DNA from: an uncultured Candidatus Entotheonella sp.
Lineage (GTDB): Bacteria; Tectomicrobia; Entotheonellia; Entotheonellales; Entotheonellaceae
Direction of reading: 5' to 3'
Assembly (NCBI GenBank): GCA_965217185.1
Contig: OZ244252.1
Span: forward strand, 3,328,001-3,392,000
DNA: 64,000 nt
Shown here: one piece after another, positions 1-9,486 of the stretch
Position numbering within the stretch: position 1 is the stretch's first letter
Layout: every line of letters begins with the position of its first letter
Position numbers and translations under genes: made by a program
Notes under the pieces: model-generated
What the model was told of the DNA's origin: nothing
The model's database searches: none
The model's input: only the letters and a program-made list of their open reading frames with translations

Positions 1-405
1 CACGTGGGTGCGGTGCGGCAGTGGCCACGCCGTCTGCCCCAGCACCAAGGCATGCGGGCCGCCCTCTTGCAAGCAGCGCGCCCGCTCCAGCGCATCCGCC
101 ACGGGCCGCAGCGCCGGCTGATCGTTGGCGGCCTCGCGCAACGAGCCGGGCAATTCCTCCGCGCCGCCCCACAGGATGTCTACCGCGTCACCGTCGCCGC
201 GCGGCGCGTCGACGCACCAACCGCTTGGCACTTGACGCAGCCAAGCACCCAGAGCGACGGCGATGTCTCGGGGAACGTCGATTAGTTTGCAGGCGACATG
301 CCTGGCGGATGGGGCGGGTACGTTCCTAGGCGCCGGGTGTCCCATGCGGATCAGTTCATCGGCTATCGGGGTGTTGGCATGTCGGGGCAGCAGGCGGGCC
401 AGCAT
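1..405 (-). CDS. Partial CDS running off the left edge; possibly the N-terminal extension of dihydropteroate synthase
   Basis: Read by hand: ATG at 405 opens MLARLLPRHANTP...ALVLGQTAWPLPHRTHV with no stop to the edge. The ending resembles the stretch just before the MGILNVTPDSF motif of FolP, but that motif would lie outside the window. Confidence 0.45.
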   Translation of the reverse strand, partial: MLARLLPRHANTPIADELIRMGHPAPRNVPAPSARHVACKLIDVPRDIAVALGAWLRQVPSGWCVDAPRGDGDAVDILWGGAEELPGSLREAANDQPALRPVADALERARCLQEGGPHALVLGQTAWPLPHRTHV

Positions 406-436
406 GGGGGGTTCTTTCTCAGCAGCGGCGCTTGGC

Positions 437-805
437 TTACAACGCTTCCAGCACGACCTCGCGCGCCCGCATGGCCTGCTTGAACAGCGTGGCGTCGCCC
501 ACCATCTTACCGACGACGTTGACGGCGCTGGCGGGCATGATCCTGCCGGGCTCGCTGACCGGCGTCTGCCCGAAAAAGATGCAGAACGCGCTCCCCGGCG
601 GCCAGTAGCCCAGGTCGCCGATCTCCACCACCTCCTGAGCACTGTCGTCCAACTCCGAATCGACCGGGATGGAAAAGTAGATTTCATCGCCCCAGGTGTT
701 GAACGACGTGCGAATCGGCAGCGCCTCGCCGATTTTCGCTGCGGTTGCCGTGTCGTTGAGTTCGGCCTCCAGGGCCACCTCTCCGACCGTGATCCTAATG
801 CGCAT
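437..805 (-). CDS. Cyclophilin-like fold protein (DUF369/TM1367-like)
   Basis: Motifs NTWGDEIYF, GDLGYWPPGSAFCIFFG and SAVNVVG; start taken at MRIRIT. Confidence 0.85.
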   Translation of the reverse strand: MRIRITVGEVALEAELNDTATAAKIGEALPIRTSFNTWGDEIYFSIPVDSELDDSAQEVVEIGDLGYWPPGSAFCIFFGQTPVSEPGRIMPASAVNVVGKMVGDATLFKQAMRAREVVLEAL

Positions 806-1079
806 GATCGGCCTCACTGTTGGAAGCGCCCGACAAAGCCGCCAGACGCCGGTTGATTTCGCCCTTCAGCAGTTGCGTATGCAGGATGCCCAGTACCCAG
901 GTGAGCAGGAGGATGCGCCACGACAGCGCGCGGGTCCAGAGCATGAACACGTAGGGCACCGCGTAGGCCACGGCGAGGGCGCCGTACATCGGCACCCGCG
1001 TCAGGATGGCGGCGTGCAGCCAGGCCGCCCAGTTCAAGCCGGGAATGAAGCTCCAGGCAATCCAGGGTATGCGCATCAT
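795..1079 (-). CDS. Small hypothetical membrane protein
   Basis: MMRIPWIAWSFIPGLNW... has about three hydrophobic segments and packs tightly between neighbouring minus-strand genes. Confidence 0.65.
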   Translation of the reverse strand: MMRIPWIAWSFIPGLNWAAWLHAAILTRVPMYGALAVAYAVPYVFMLWTRALSWRILLLTWVLGILHTQLLKGEINRRLAALSGASNSEADHAH

Positions 1080-1093
1080 GGAACGTCGCACCC

Positions 1094-1540
1094 TCAACAG
1101 TCGCCGCCGGATTGGCGCGCCGGCAGCACCACCTGCGCTGTGCCCTGCACGTAGCGGTCGCCCGTCTCGTTGCTCATCAAGATGTCGCAAAACACCAAGT
1201 GTCGGCCCTGCTCTTCCTGCTTCTCGGTGACGACCCCGCTGCAAATCAGCGGCGTGTTGTGGGGCACGGTGACGCGGAAGTTCGTCGTCAGGTTGCGCAG
1301 CGTGCCGGTGGGGAAGAACTCGGTCACCATGCGGGACAGAAAGCCCAGGCTCATGTTGCCCGGAATGATGGCGCCCGGCAGCCCCTCGTTGCGGGCGTAG
1401 GCGTCGTCGGTGAACCGCCCGCTCTGCATGCGCGCCACCTCGACGTAGCGCACCACGTCCGCCGTGGTCGGGCAGATTTCCAGTTCCTCGATCTCGTCGC
1501 CGACTTCGATGTCTTCGTAAAAATGAATGCGCTCACCCAC
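1094..1540 (-). CDS. MaoC-like hot-dog fold dehydratase subunit
   Basis: HFYEDIEVGDEI start, DDAYARNEGLPGAIIPG motif, C-terminal GTAQVVLP. Confidence 0.85.
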   Translation of the reverse strand: MGERIHFYEDIEVGDEIEELEICPTTADVVRYVEVARMQSGRFTDDAYARNEGLPGAIIPGNMSLGFLSRMVTEFFPTGTLRNLTTNFRVTVPHNTPLICSGVVTEKQEEQGRHLVFCDILMSNETGDRYVQGTAQVVLPARQSGGDC

Positions 1541-1560
1541 CTCTGAAAGTCCTCCCCGGC

Positions 1561-2001
1561 TCAGTCGCGCTGGATCAGGATCTGGCGCAGCACGGCTACC
1601 TTGTCGCCGTTTTGATTGGTCAACTCACTCTCGCGTACGACGAAGATCATGTTGCCGCTGCGCCCGGTCTTCTCGTACACCTCGGCGATGCGGTCCACGC
1701 CGGTGATGGTGTCGCCCGGGCGAATCGGGGCGTGGAAAACGCATTCCTTGCCGCCGTCAAAGGCGCGCGCGCCGTAGCTGAGCTTGAGATCGGGCAGCGC
1801 CGCATTACTGCGAAATACGATGCAAAACGTCGCGGGCGCCACGATGCCGCCATACGGCGTTGTCTTGGCGTAAGCCGCATCGCAATGCACCGGGTTCGTC
1901 TCGCCCACCGAGGCGGCGAATTCGGCAATCTCCTGCTGCGTGACCTCGAAGGCATAGCGGTGGAATTCCTTGCCGATCCAGCTGGTGTCGAACGTCAACA
2001 T
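1561..2001 (-). CDS. MaoC/FAS1-like dehydratase (N-terminal type) subunit
   Basis: FAASVGETNPVH, GGIVAPATF, PIRPGD and KTGRSGNMIFVV; adjacent to the MaoC gene as in heterodimeric hydratases. Confidence 0.85.
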   Translation of the reverse strand: MLTFDTSWIGKEFHRYAFEVTQQEIAEFAASVGETNPVHCDAAYAKTTPYGGIVAPATFCIVFRSNAALPDLKLSYGARAFDGGKECVFHAPIRPGDTITGVDRIAEVYEKTGRSGNMIFVVRESELTNQNGDKVAVLRQILIQRD

Positions 2002-2025
2002 GCGTTCCGTCTCTCCTCGTCGTGG

Positions 2026-3039
2026 TTATCGTCCTGTCGCTACCGGCTCCGGCTCGGCGCACTGGCGGATGGAGGCTTCCACCGCGCTGACGTCCTCGGC
2101 GCTACCGATGAACAGCGGCACGCGCTGGTGCAGGGCGGTCGGTTGCAGCGACAGCACGTCCTCGCTGCCGGTACTGGCGCGCCCGCCCGCCGCCTCGGCG
2201 ATGCGGGCCAGCGGGGCCGCTTCGTAGAGCAGTCGCAGCTTGCCGTTGGGCGCGTCGCGGGGGTCCGCGGGGTACAGAAACAGCCCGCCGTACAGCAGCG
2301 TGCGGTGAAAATCCGCCACCAGCGAGCCGACGTAGCGGGCGCTGTAGGTGCACGGCCCGTCGGGGTCTTTGAGGGCGTCGATATAGCGCTGCACGCCGGC
2401 GCACCAGCGCGGGTAGTTGGCCTCGTTGGCGCTGTAGATCGTGCCGCGCTCGGGCATGCGCAGGTTTTCGTGCGTCAGGCGGAATTCGCCGACACCAGCA
2501 TCGAGCGTATAGCTGTGCACCCCGGCACCGGCGGTGTAGACGAACAATGTGCTGGAGCCGTACAGCGCGTAGCCGGCGGCGACTTGACGGCTGCCGCTCT
2601 GCAGCAGGTCGGACAGAGTGGCATCAGCGCTCTGGGCGCGGTAGATGGAGAAGATGGTGCCGATGGTGATTCCCGCGTCGATGTTGGAGGAGCCGTCCAG
2701 GGGGTCGAAAAGCACGACGTACGGCCCGCGTGGTTCGTGCGGCGCCAGGAACAGGGGATGCTCGGCCTCCTCGGAGGCCAAGGCGCAGACGTGGCCGCTG
2801 GGCCTCAGGGCGTCGATCATCATGTCGTGCGCCAGCACGTCGAGCTTACACACCGCCTCGCCCTGCACGTTGTGCTCGCCGGTGAAACCGAGAATGTCGA
2901 CCAGCCCGGCGCGGTTGACCTCGCGGGAAATGCGTTTCGCCGCCGAGGCCAGAGTGGTGAGCAGGCCGGCCATGTCACCGTCCCCGCACAAGCGGGATTC
3001 CGTCAGATGTTGAGAAAGCGTCATGCCCTTGCGATTCAT
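2026..3039 (-). CDS. fbp: Fructose-1,6-bisphosphatase class 1
   Basis: NVQGE, ASEE, FDPLDGSSNID, GTIFSIY, RYVGSLVADFHRTLLYGG and GKLRLLYEAAP. Confidence 0.95.
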   Translation of the reverse strand: MNRKGMTLSQHLTESRLCGDGDMAGLLTTLASAAKRISREVNRAGLVDILGFTGEHNVQGEAVCKLDVLAHDMMIDALRPSGHVCALASEEAEHPLFLAPHEPRGPYVVLFDPLDGSSNIDAGITIGTIFSIYRAQSADATLSDLLQSGSRQVAAGYALYGSSTLFVYTAGAGVHSYTLDAGVGEFRLTHENLRMPERGTIYSANEANYPRWCAGVQRYIDALKDPDGPCTYSARYVGSLVADFHRTLLYGGLFLYPADPRDAPNGKLRLLYEAAPLARIAEAAGGRASTGSEDVLSLQPTALHQRVPLFIGSAEDVSAVEASIRQCAEPEPVATGR

Positions 3040-3259
3040 GACGACTCCTTGTATCAATTTTTTGCCGTTGCGGTCGCTTCGGAAGCATTAAGTCTAGCAG
3101 AAACCCGCCCGCCTGCCCAATGACGGCGCCCTGCGGACGGCGCCGCACCTTGCCTTTGCGGGGCAAAATGCGCACAATGCCGACCCCCGTTGAAACACAC
3201 TTGGCGCGCTGCTGAGACAGACCGTTGAACGCGCTACGAACCGAGGAAGGAGCCCCCCC

Positions 3260-4279
3260 ATGAGCACACACGATCTCGCCGCCGTGGCCCGCGCCCTGGT
3301 CGCCGAGGGCAAAGGCATTCTGGCCGCCGACGAGAGCACCGGAACGATCACGCGGCGACTCGACACCATCAACGTCGCCTCGACGGCGGACAACCGTCGT
3401 GCCTATCGCGAGCTGCTGTTCACCACGCCGGAGGTGGAGGCGTACATCAGCGGCGTCATCCTGTACGACGAGACGATTCGGCAGGAAAGCAGCGACGGCA
3501 CCCCCTTTCCGGCGTTGCTGGCCGGGCGCGGCATCATGCCGGGCATCAAGGTGGATACCGGCACCTCGGATCTGGCGGGATTTCCGGGTGAGAAGATCAC
3601 CGACGGCCTCGACGGCCTCGCCAAACGGCTGGACGAGTACCGTGAAATCGGCGCGCGGTTCGCCAAGTGGCGGGCGGTGATTACGATTGGCCCCGGCTAC
3701 CCGACGGCGTACGGCATCGCGGTCAACGCGCATGCCCTGGCGCGCTACGCGGCGCTGTCGCAGCAGGCTGGGTTGGTGCCGATCGTCGAACCCGAGGTGC
3801 TGATGGACGGCGATCACACCATCGAGCGCTGCGCCGAGGCTACCCTGGCGACCCTGCACCGTGTATTCAACGAGTTGCACGAGCACCGAGTCGGGTTGGA
3901 GGGCATCCTGTTGAAGCCCAACATGGTGCTATCAGGCAAGGACTGCCCGCAGCAAGCCGGCGTGGAGGAAGTGGCGACGGCGACCCTGGATTGCTTCCGC
4001 CGGACCATCCCGGCAGCGGTGCCGGGCATCGTGTTCCTCTCCGGCGGCCAGAGCGCCGTACAGGCCACCGAGCACCTCAACGCCATGAACGCGCGCGGCG
4101 GGCATCCCTGGGAGCTCAGCTTCTCATACGGACGGGCGCTGCAAGGGCCGGTTCTGGAGGCTTGGCAGGGGCAGGCGGCCAACGTGCCCACCGCCCAGAA
4201 GTTCTTCCAGCAGCGCGCCCGATGCAACGGCGCGGCGCGTTACGGCAAATACGCCGAGCATATGGAACAAGCCGCTTGA
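3260..4279 (+). CDS. fba: Fructose-bisphosphate aldolase class I (eukaryote-type)
   Basis: GKGILAADES, GIKVD, FAKWRAV, VPIVEPEV, LLKPNMV (Schiff-base Lys), FLSGGQS and FSYGRALQ; GAAGGAG RBS upstream. Confidence 0.95.
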   Translation: MSTHDLAAVARALVAEGKGILAADESTGTITRRLDTINVASTADNRRAYRELLFTTPEVEAYISGVILYDETIRQESSDGTPFPALLAGRGIMPGIKVDTGTSDLAGFPGEKITDGLDGLAKRLDEYREIGARFAKWRAVITIGPGYPTAYGIAVNAHALARYAALSQQAGLVPIVEPEVLMDGDHTIERCAEATLATLHRVFNELHEHRVGLEGILLKPNMVLSGKDCPQQAGVEEVATATLDCFRRTIPAAVPGIVFLSGGQSAVQATEHLNAMNARGGHPWELSFSYGRALQGPVLEAWQGQAANVPTAQKFFQQRARCNGAARYGKYAEHMEQAA

Positions 4280-4314
4280 AGCGCTCCGCTAACCCCTAAC
4301 TCCCGAAGCCCACG

Positions 4315-6075
4315 ATGCCCGCCAAATTGCTGATTGCCAACCGCGGGGAGATCGCCGTCCGCATCCTACGCGCCGCCGCGGAACTCGGCATGCGCACGGT
4401 GGCGGTGTTTTCGCAGGACGACGCCGAATCGCTGCACCGGCGCTCGGCGGACGAGTCATGCGCCCTGGCCAAGGCCGGAGCCGCCGCCTATCTGGACATC
4501 GACGCCATCCTGCGGGCGGCCAAGGATACCGGCTGCGACGCCATCCATCCCGGCTACGGCTTTCTGAGCGAGAACGCCGACTTCGCCCGCCGCTGCGCCG
4601 ACGCCAATCTCACCTTTGTCGGGCCGCGCCCCGAAGTGCTGGCGCTGTTCAGCGACAAAGCCGAAGCCCGCGCCCTGGCCGAGCGGCTCGGCGTGCCCAT
4701 CCTGCCCGGCATCTCCGCACCCACCAGCCTTTCCGAGGCCGCCGACTTCTTCAACGCCCTGCCAGCCACCGGCGCCATGCTCATCAAGGCCATCGGCGGT
4801 GGCGGCGGGCGCGGCATGCGCGTGGTGCAGCGCCGCGAGGAGTTGAAAGACGCCTACGCGCGCTGCCAATCCGAGGCGCGGGCGGCGTTCGGCAATGGCG
4901 ATGTGTACGTCGAGCAGTTCTTACCGCGCGCCCGGCACGTCGAGGTGCAGATCGTCGGCGACGGCTCGGGAGCGGTCAGCCACCTGGGCGAGCGCGATTG
5001 CAGCATCCAGCGCCGCCACCAAAAACTCGTCGAAATCGCCCCGGCGCCCGGCTTGCCCGACGGCCTGCGCCAGCGCCTCGCCACCGCGGCCACCACCCTG
5101 GCGTCGTCGGTGCGCTATGACAACATCGGCACCTTCGAGTTTCTGGTCGACGCCAGTACACTGAGCGCCGGGTCGCCGTTCGCCTTCATCGAGGCGAATC
5201 CGCGCTTGCAAGTGGAACACACGGTGACCGAGGAGGTGTACGGGGTCGATCTGGTGGCCATCCAACTTGAGCTGGCGGGCGGCCGCAGCCTCGCCGCCCT
5301 GGGTCTGCTGCAGGCCGACGTGCCGGCGCCGCGCGGCGTCGCCATCCAGGCGCGCATCAACATGGAGACGATGCAGGCGGACGGCGCCGCGCGGCCGTCC
5401 AGCGGCACCCTGAGCGCCTTTGTTCCCGCCTGCGGGCCGGGTATTCGGGTCGATACGTTCGGATACGCCGGTTACACGCCCAGCGGGCGCTTCGACGCAC
5501 TGCTGGCCAAGCTCATCGCCTGCCACCCCTCGGGCCGCTTCGAATACGCCGTCAGCCGCCTGCAACGCGCCTTGGCGGAGTTTTACGTCGCCGGGGTGGC
5601 GGTGAACATCCCGTTTCTGCAACGGTTGGTGCAGCACCCGGCGTTTCGGAATGCCGCCTTTCATACCCGGTTCCTTGACGACCACTTGGCCGAACTCGTC
5701 GTGCCGGACGACCGTGCCTCGGTTGCTCCCGCGTCGTCAAGCACGCCGACCGAACCCGTCGCCGCGCGCGAGCAGCCTTCTCCCCCGCCAGTAGAGCCCC
5801 CTGAACCGAAACCCGCCGCACAGTCGCCGCGCCGGATTGACAAGCCCCACGGCACTGTCCCCGTCGCGTCGCCCTTGCAAGGCACCATCGTCAGCGTCGA
5901 GGTGCGCGAGGGCGCCACCGTACGGACCGGACAACTTCTGGTCGTGGTGGAATCCATGAAGATGGAGCACGAGGTCCACGCCAACGTGGAAGGCGTCGTG
6001 CGCCGTGTCGTCGTGGACGAGGGGGGTGTCATCAACGCGGGAGAGCCGCTGTTGTTCGTGGAAGCCGCGGCGTAG
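4315..6075 (+). CDS. Biotin carboxylase fused to a biotin carboxyl carrier domain (acyl-CoA carboxylase alpha-type)
   Basis: LIANRGEIA, HPGYGFLSEN, GGGGRGMR, ERDCSIQRRHQK, EANPRLQVEH, a Pro-rich linker and ESMKM biotinylation motif. Confidence 0.9.
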   Translation: MPAKLLIANRGEIAVRILRAAAELGMRTVAVFSQDDAESLHRRSADESCALAKAGAAAYLDIDAILRAAKDTGCDAIHPGYGFLSENADFARRCADANLTFVGPRPEVLALFSDKAEARALAERLGVPILPGISAPTSLSEAADFFNALPATGAMLIKAIGGGGGRGMRVVQRREELKDAYARCQSEARAAFGNGDVYVEQFLPRARHVEVQIVGDGSGAVSHLGERDCSIQRRHQKLVEIAPAPGLPDGLRQRLATAATTLASSVRYDNIGTFEFLVDASTLSAGSPFAFIEANPRLQVEHTVTEEVYGVDLVAIQLELAGGRSLAALGLLQADVPAPRGVAIQARINMETMQADGAARPSSGTLSAFVPACGPGIRVDTFGYAGYTPSGRFDALLAKLIACHPSGRFEYAVSRLQRALAEFYVAGVAVNIPFLQRLVQHPAFRNAAFHTRFLDDHLAELVVPDDRASVAPASSSTPTEPVAAREQPSPPPVEPPEPKPAAQSPRRIDKPHGTVPVASPLQGTIVSVEVREGATVRTGQLLVVVESMKMEHEVHANVEGVVRRVVVDEGGVINAGEPLLFVEAAA

Positions 6076-6107
6076 CGTGCCTTCTTGCTGGGCCGTTGAA
6101 CAGCGGT

Positions 6108-6833
6108 TTACCAACAATCTGGCTCGATGTCAGCCATGACGAACAGGCGCGGATAGACGGAACGGCCGTTAAGCCTGAAGACGCGTGCGTCTATGGTTCC
6201 ATGCTTGAGCCAATGGAGCACGGGACCGGTCTGCGTGCGGTTGACGTAGCCGACACGCGCGCCGTCTTGGCGGGCGACCTCCACCGCATCTGCGTCTTCT
6301 GGGTTGGTTGGCTCGTGCCGAAAGAACACAGGTTCGTTTTCGGCAAGATCAAGTACATCTTCGCGATAATGCCGGTATCCCGCGATATCGAAGACGTAGC
6401 GGAAGGCGTGATCAAATCCATCGAAAGTCTCGGAGATACCGAAGCTGCCGCTACTTAGGCGAGCGCCGGTATAGGCCAAGAGACTCAGTATAGAGAAACG
6501 GGCTTCTGGCGACAGGCCGAACCTTTCCATGAATTCCTTGAAATCAGGCCGATTCTGCGGCGGCAAGCGACGCTTCAGTACGTCGGTTGCTGTGCTGGAT
6601 TCGTGCTTGCCGCTCAGGGCCAAGCCTGGGTAGCCCTCAAACCCGGCCTCCGAGGCTAAAGCAAATTCACGGTCGTTCTTATACGAGAATCCCAATCCTT
6701 CACCGCACTCGACAAGCTCAGCCACCGCAAATCTCCGGCGCGAGTCGTCCTGTTCCGACTTCTCTTGTTCCAGGGGACGCTGCCATGTCAGCAAGGCTCG
6801 ACGCGTCTGTATTGGATCCCTGATCATGTTCAT
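6108..6833 (-). CDS. HIRAN-domain protein with a HipS/HipA-N-like N-terminal region
   Basis: C-terminal FDIAGYRHY...HEPTNPEDADAVEV...RVGYV is HIRAN-like. N-terminal FSY..GYPGL..RRLPPQNRPD..LLAYTGARL is typical of HipA-partner proteins. Start at 6833 overlaps the reconstructed kinase stop (ATGA). Confidence 0.8.
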   Translation of the reverse strand: MNMIRDPIQTRRALLTWQRPLEQEKSEQDDSRRRFAVAELVECGEGLGFSYKNDREFALASEAGFEGYPGLALSGKHESSTATDVLKRRLPPQNRPDFKEFMERFGLSPEARFSILSLLAYTGARLSSGSFGISETFDGFDHAFRYVFDIAGYRHYREDVLDLAENEPVFFRHEPTNPEDADAVEVARQDGARVGYVNRTQTGPVLHWLKHGTIDARVFRLNGRSVYPRLFVMADIEPDCW

Positions 6834-6888
6834 TTCTCGCAAAGAATGTTCCTTATGCGTTCCATACCAATTTGCAGGACAGACTGTA
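6830..6888 (-). pseudogene. Detached 3' end of the HipA-like kinase gene (QSVLQIGMERIRNILCEK-stop)
   Basis: Joins in frame to 13738-14635 once 6889-13733 and one TGTA copy are removed; its TGA (6830-6832) overlaps the HIRAN ATG. Confidence 0.85.
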
Positions 6889-7053
6889 GGGCACCTCGAA
6901 AAATGCCTCACGGATGGTCAAAGATGACAGGATTGGCCATTCGCACCGTTTCGGTGGGAAAATAAACTCGGCTTTCCGGGGCATTTCGTCTCCCGGCAAC
7001 GGGGATTTGCCTGTCAAAGAGGACATCCGGTACACCCCTCGCACCGCTTACGC

Positions 7054-8100
7054 TCAACCCACCGTCCCAAGACGCTGCAACCCAACCAGGCGTCGCATGT
7101 TGTAGGCGAGATTCTTGAGCCCGATGCGCGCCGTCGCCCGTACAAGCCCGGTGCTGCGAACCAACGTCCCGCCCATGTCGTTGTGCTGTGCCCCGAAGAC
7201 ATGCTCTACCCGGACCCGAAACCGTGAACGACTTCTGTTGCCGGCCTTCTCCCAATCACGCAATGGACGGTTACGACAAGCCTTGCGATGGATCCGACTC
7301 GTCAAACCCTTTCCCTTGATCTTCTCCTCAATGTCTTTCGACCGCTAGGCGCTGTCCGCCCACACACCGCTTGCCGTGTTGTCCGTTGTCAGCAGGTCAT
7401 CAACCGCTTGGCTGTCGTGAACCGACGCGGCCGTCACGCTGTAACGACGGATCAGCTTGTGCCTGCGGTCGATGTTGAGGTGGTTCTTGTAACCATAGTG
7501 ACTCTTGCCGTGCTTTTTCGTCCACCGCGCATCCGTGTCTTTCTGACGGCGCCGGGCCGCCTCGTCCGCCCACTCCCTGGGCGTCTCGCCTTGCTTGATC
7601 CGGGCGTTGTCAGCACGGCTGTTGCGCTGTTTGGGAACCGCAACAATCGACGCATCAATGATCTGGCCGCCCATCGCCCGGTAGCCTTGGGTTTTCAGAT
7701 AGCCGTCAAAGTCATTGAACAAGGCGTCGATCACACCAGCCTGTGACAACTCTTCCCGGTACAGCCACACGGTCTTGGCGTCGGGCACTTTGTCTTCAAG
7801 GGTCAGACCCAGGAAACGCACAAAGGACAGGCGGTCGCGCATCTGATATTCCACCTGATCGTCCGACAGATTGTAGAGGGCGCACAGAACGATGGCTTTG
7901 AACATGACGATGGCGTCCCAGGGTTTGCACCCCGCATTGGACTTACGCTTGTCGGCTGGCTTGCGCCAGACTTTCTCCAGGCGGCTGCGGAACGCTTCCC
8001 ATGGAACGACGGTATTGATCTTCACCAAGGGGTCATTCTTGGCATCCAGAGCGGCGTAACGCTTCTCGACATCGAAAAAGCCCATCTGAGCCATGTTCAA
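7054..8100 (-). pseudogene. IS5-family transposase with an internal nonsense codon
   Basis: IIDASIV, DTDARWTKK, YGYKNH, VHDS, WADSA, then TAG at 7345-7347 where copy B has Tyr. The same frame continues to RVEHVFG...NLAYN. Confidence 0.9.
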
Positions 8101-8187
8101 CTCCTCCGGCCTTTTGGTTAACGTGTTTGAGTGATTCTAAACCAAGTGGGAGACGAGTATTATTACTGAGGTTTTGCAATCTGGCCT

Positions 8188-9414
8188 CACTGTACACGAC
8201 AAAAGTCATTAAGTAGTTGAAAGACAAGGTGTAACCTCATAGGGTGGAAGGTCTATCAAGCCTATCCGCAACGACTGTCTCCTAGGAGGTTACACCGTGA
8301 ATCACTCTACCAGACTCGCCAATCTGCTCCAATCGACCTCTGGCCTGCACCGGGCTCGCGTCACCTGTCTGGCCGCCCTCGTCATCGCTTTGTTCAAGGT
8401 CAAAACCGTCAATCTGGCCCAACTCGCCACCGCCTTCCCGGGTCCTGCCGACATCGACTCGCACTATCGACGCCTGCAACGCTTCTTCAAACACGTTCAA
8501 CTCCAACCCGCTCGCATAGCCACCTTCGTGCTCGCTTTTCTACCCGATGCCCCCTACACCTTAGCCCTGGACCGAACCCAGTGGATGCTTGGAAAGATAC
8601 CGATCAACTTCCTCGTCCTGTCCGCCGTCCATGGCGGCATCGCCTTTCCTCTTTTCTGGCAATTCCTGGCCAAAAGGGGCAACTCCAATACCCAGGAGCG
8701 CATCGAGTTGCTCGGTCAATTCCTGAAGGTGGTTGGCAGCGACAAGATCGACTGCCTGGTGGCGGACCGCGAATTTATCGGCGCCGACTGGTTCGCCTGG
8801 CTGCGAGCCAACCACATCCCCTTCTGCATCCGAATCCGGCACGACATGAAGGTCTCGCGGACCACCGGAGCCTTGTCACCGGCACGCAACTTCTTCAGAA
8901 GCCTTCCCCGTTCGACCTCGTGTTCCTTGATCGGCCCACGTCTCGTGTGTGGCCACTGGCTTTGGGTGACTGGTATGCACTTGCCCTCCGGGGCTTACCT
9001 GATCGTGGTGTCGAATCGTCCGGGTCATCAAGCCCTGGAGGTGTATAAGCGCAGGTGGCAGATAGAAGTGCTCTTCGAGGCTCTGAAATCCAGAGGCTTC
9101 AACTTCGAAGAGACGCGTCTGAGAGAGGCCAAGCGCTTGGAGACGTTATGTGGTGTGTTGGCGATAGCGTTTTGCTGGGCCTATCATGTAGGTGCTTGGC
9201 GGCACGAGGTCAAACCGATTGCGCTCAAGACGCATCAGAGACCTGCGAAGAGCCTGTTTCGCTATGGATTTGACAGCATTCGCCAAGCCGTCCTCAATGC
9301 GGCAGACAAGGGAGAGCAGTTTGAGCAGGTCCTGAGCCTGCTGTGGAAAGCGCTCTCATTGCCCAAAGCGCTCCTTCAGCCACGTTACCCCGCATGATTT
9401 TGTCGTGTACAGTG
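8188..9414 (+). mobile_element. IS4-family (IS10-like) element, 1227 bp
   Basis: Perfect 17-bp IRs CACTGTACACGACAAAA and TTTTGTCGTGTACAGTG; 9-bp duplication ATCTGGCCT at 8179-8187 and 9415-9423. Confidence 0.95.
8297..9397 (+). CDS. IS4-family DDE transposase, apparently intact
   Basis: LALDRTQW, KRGNSN, VADREFIG and the YREK-type signature YKRRWQIEVLFEALKSRGF. Confidence 0.92.
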   Translation: MNHSTRLANLLQSTSGLHRARVTCLAALVIALFKVKTVNLAQLATAFPGPADIDSHYRRLQRFFKHVQLQPARIATFVLAFLPDAPYTLALDRTQWMLGKIPINFLVLSAVHGGIAFPLFWQFLAKRGNSNTQERIELLGQFLKVVGSDKIDCLVADREFIGADWFAWLRANHIPFCIRIRHDMKVSRTTGALSPARNFFRSLPRSTSCSLIGPRLVCGHWLWVTGMHLPSGAYLIVVSNRPGHQALEVYKRRWQIEVLFEALKSRGFNFEETRLREAKRLETLCGVLAIAFCWAYHVGAWRHEVKPIALKTHQRPAKSLFRYGFDSIRQAVLNAADKGEQFEQVLSLLWKALSLPKALLQPRYPA

Positions 9415-9486
9415 ATCTGGCCTGACTATCGTAGAGTACGCGTCCCATTCTTCCTACCTTCCAAGACTTCCGCAGGAGGCTCTCTT

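Noticed and set aside
1612..3123. Long shadow ORFs, e.g. 1612-3123, 15364-16638, 25087-26595, 32759-34258, 56623-58224 and 60990-62051
   Set aside because: They lie antisense to well-supported genes, have no motifs, and are expected from high-GC codon bias.
2026..4279. Calvin cycle (cbb) operon suggested by fbp and fba
   Set aside because: No RuBisCO, phosphoribulokinase or transketolase nearby; gluconeogenesis explains the pair.
7345..7347. Amber read-through (pyrrolysine) in the IS5-A transposase
   Set aside because: The paralogue has TAC (Tyr) here, so a point nonsense mutation is the simpler explanation; no pyl genes are in the window.
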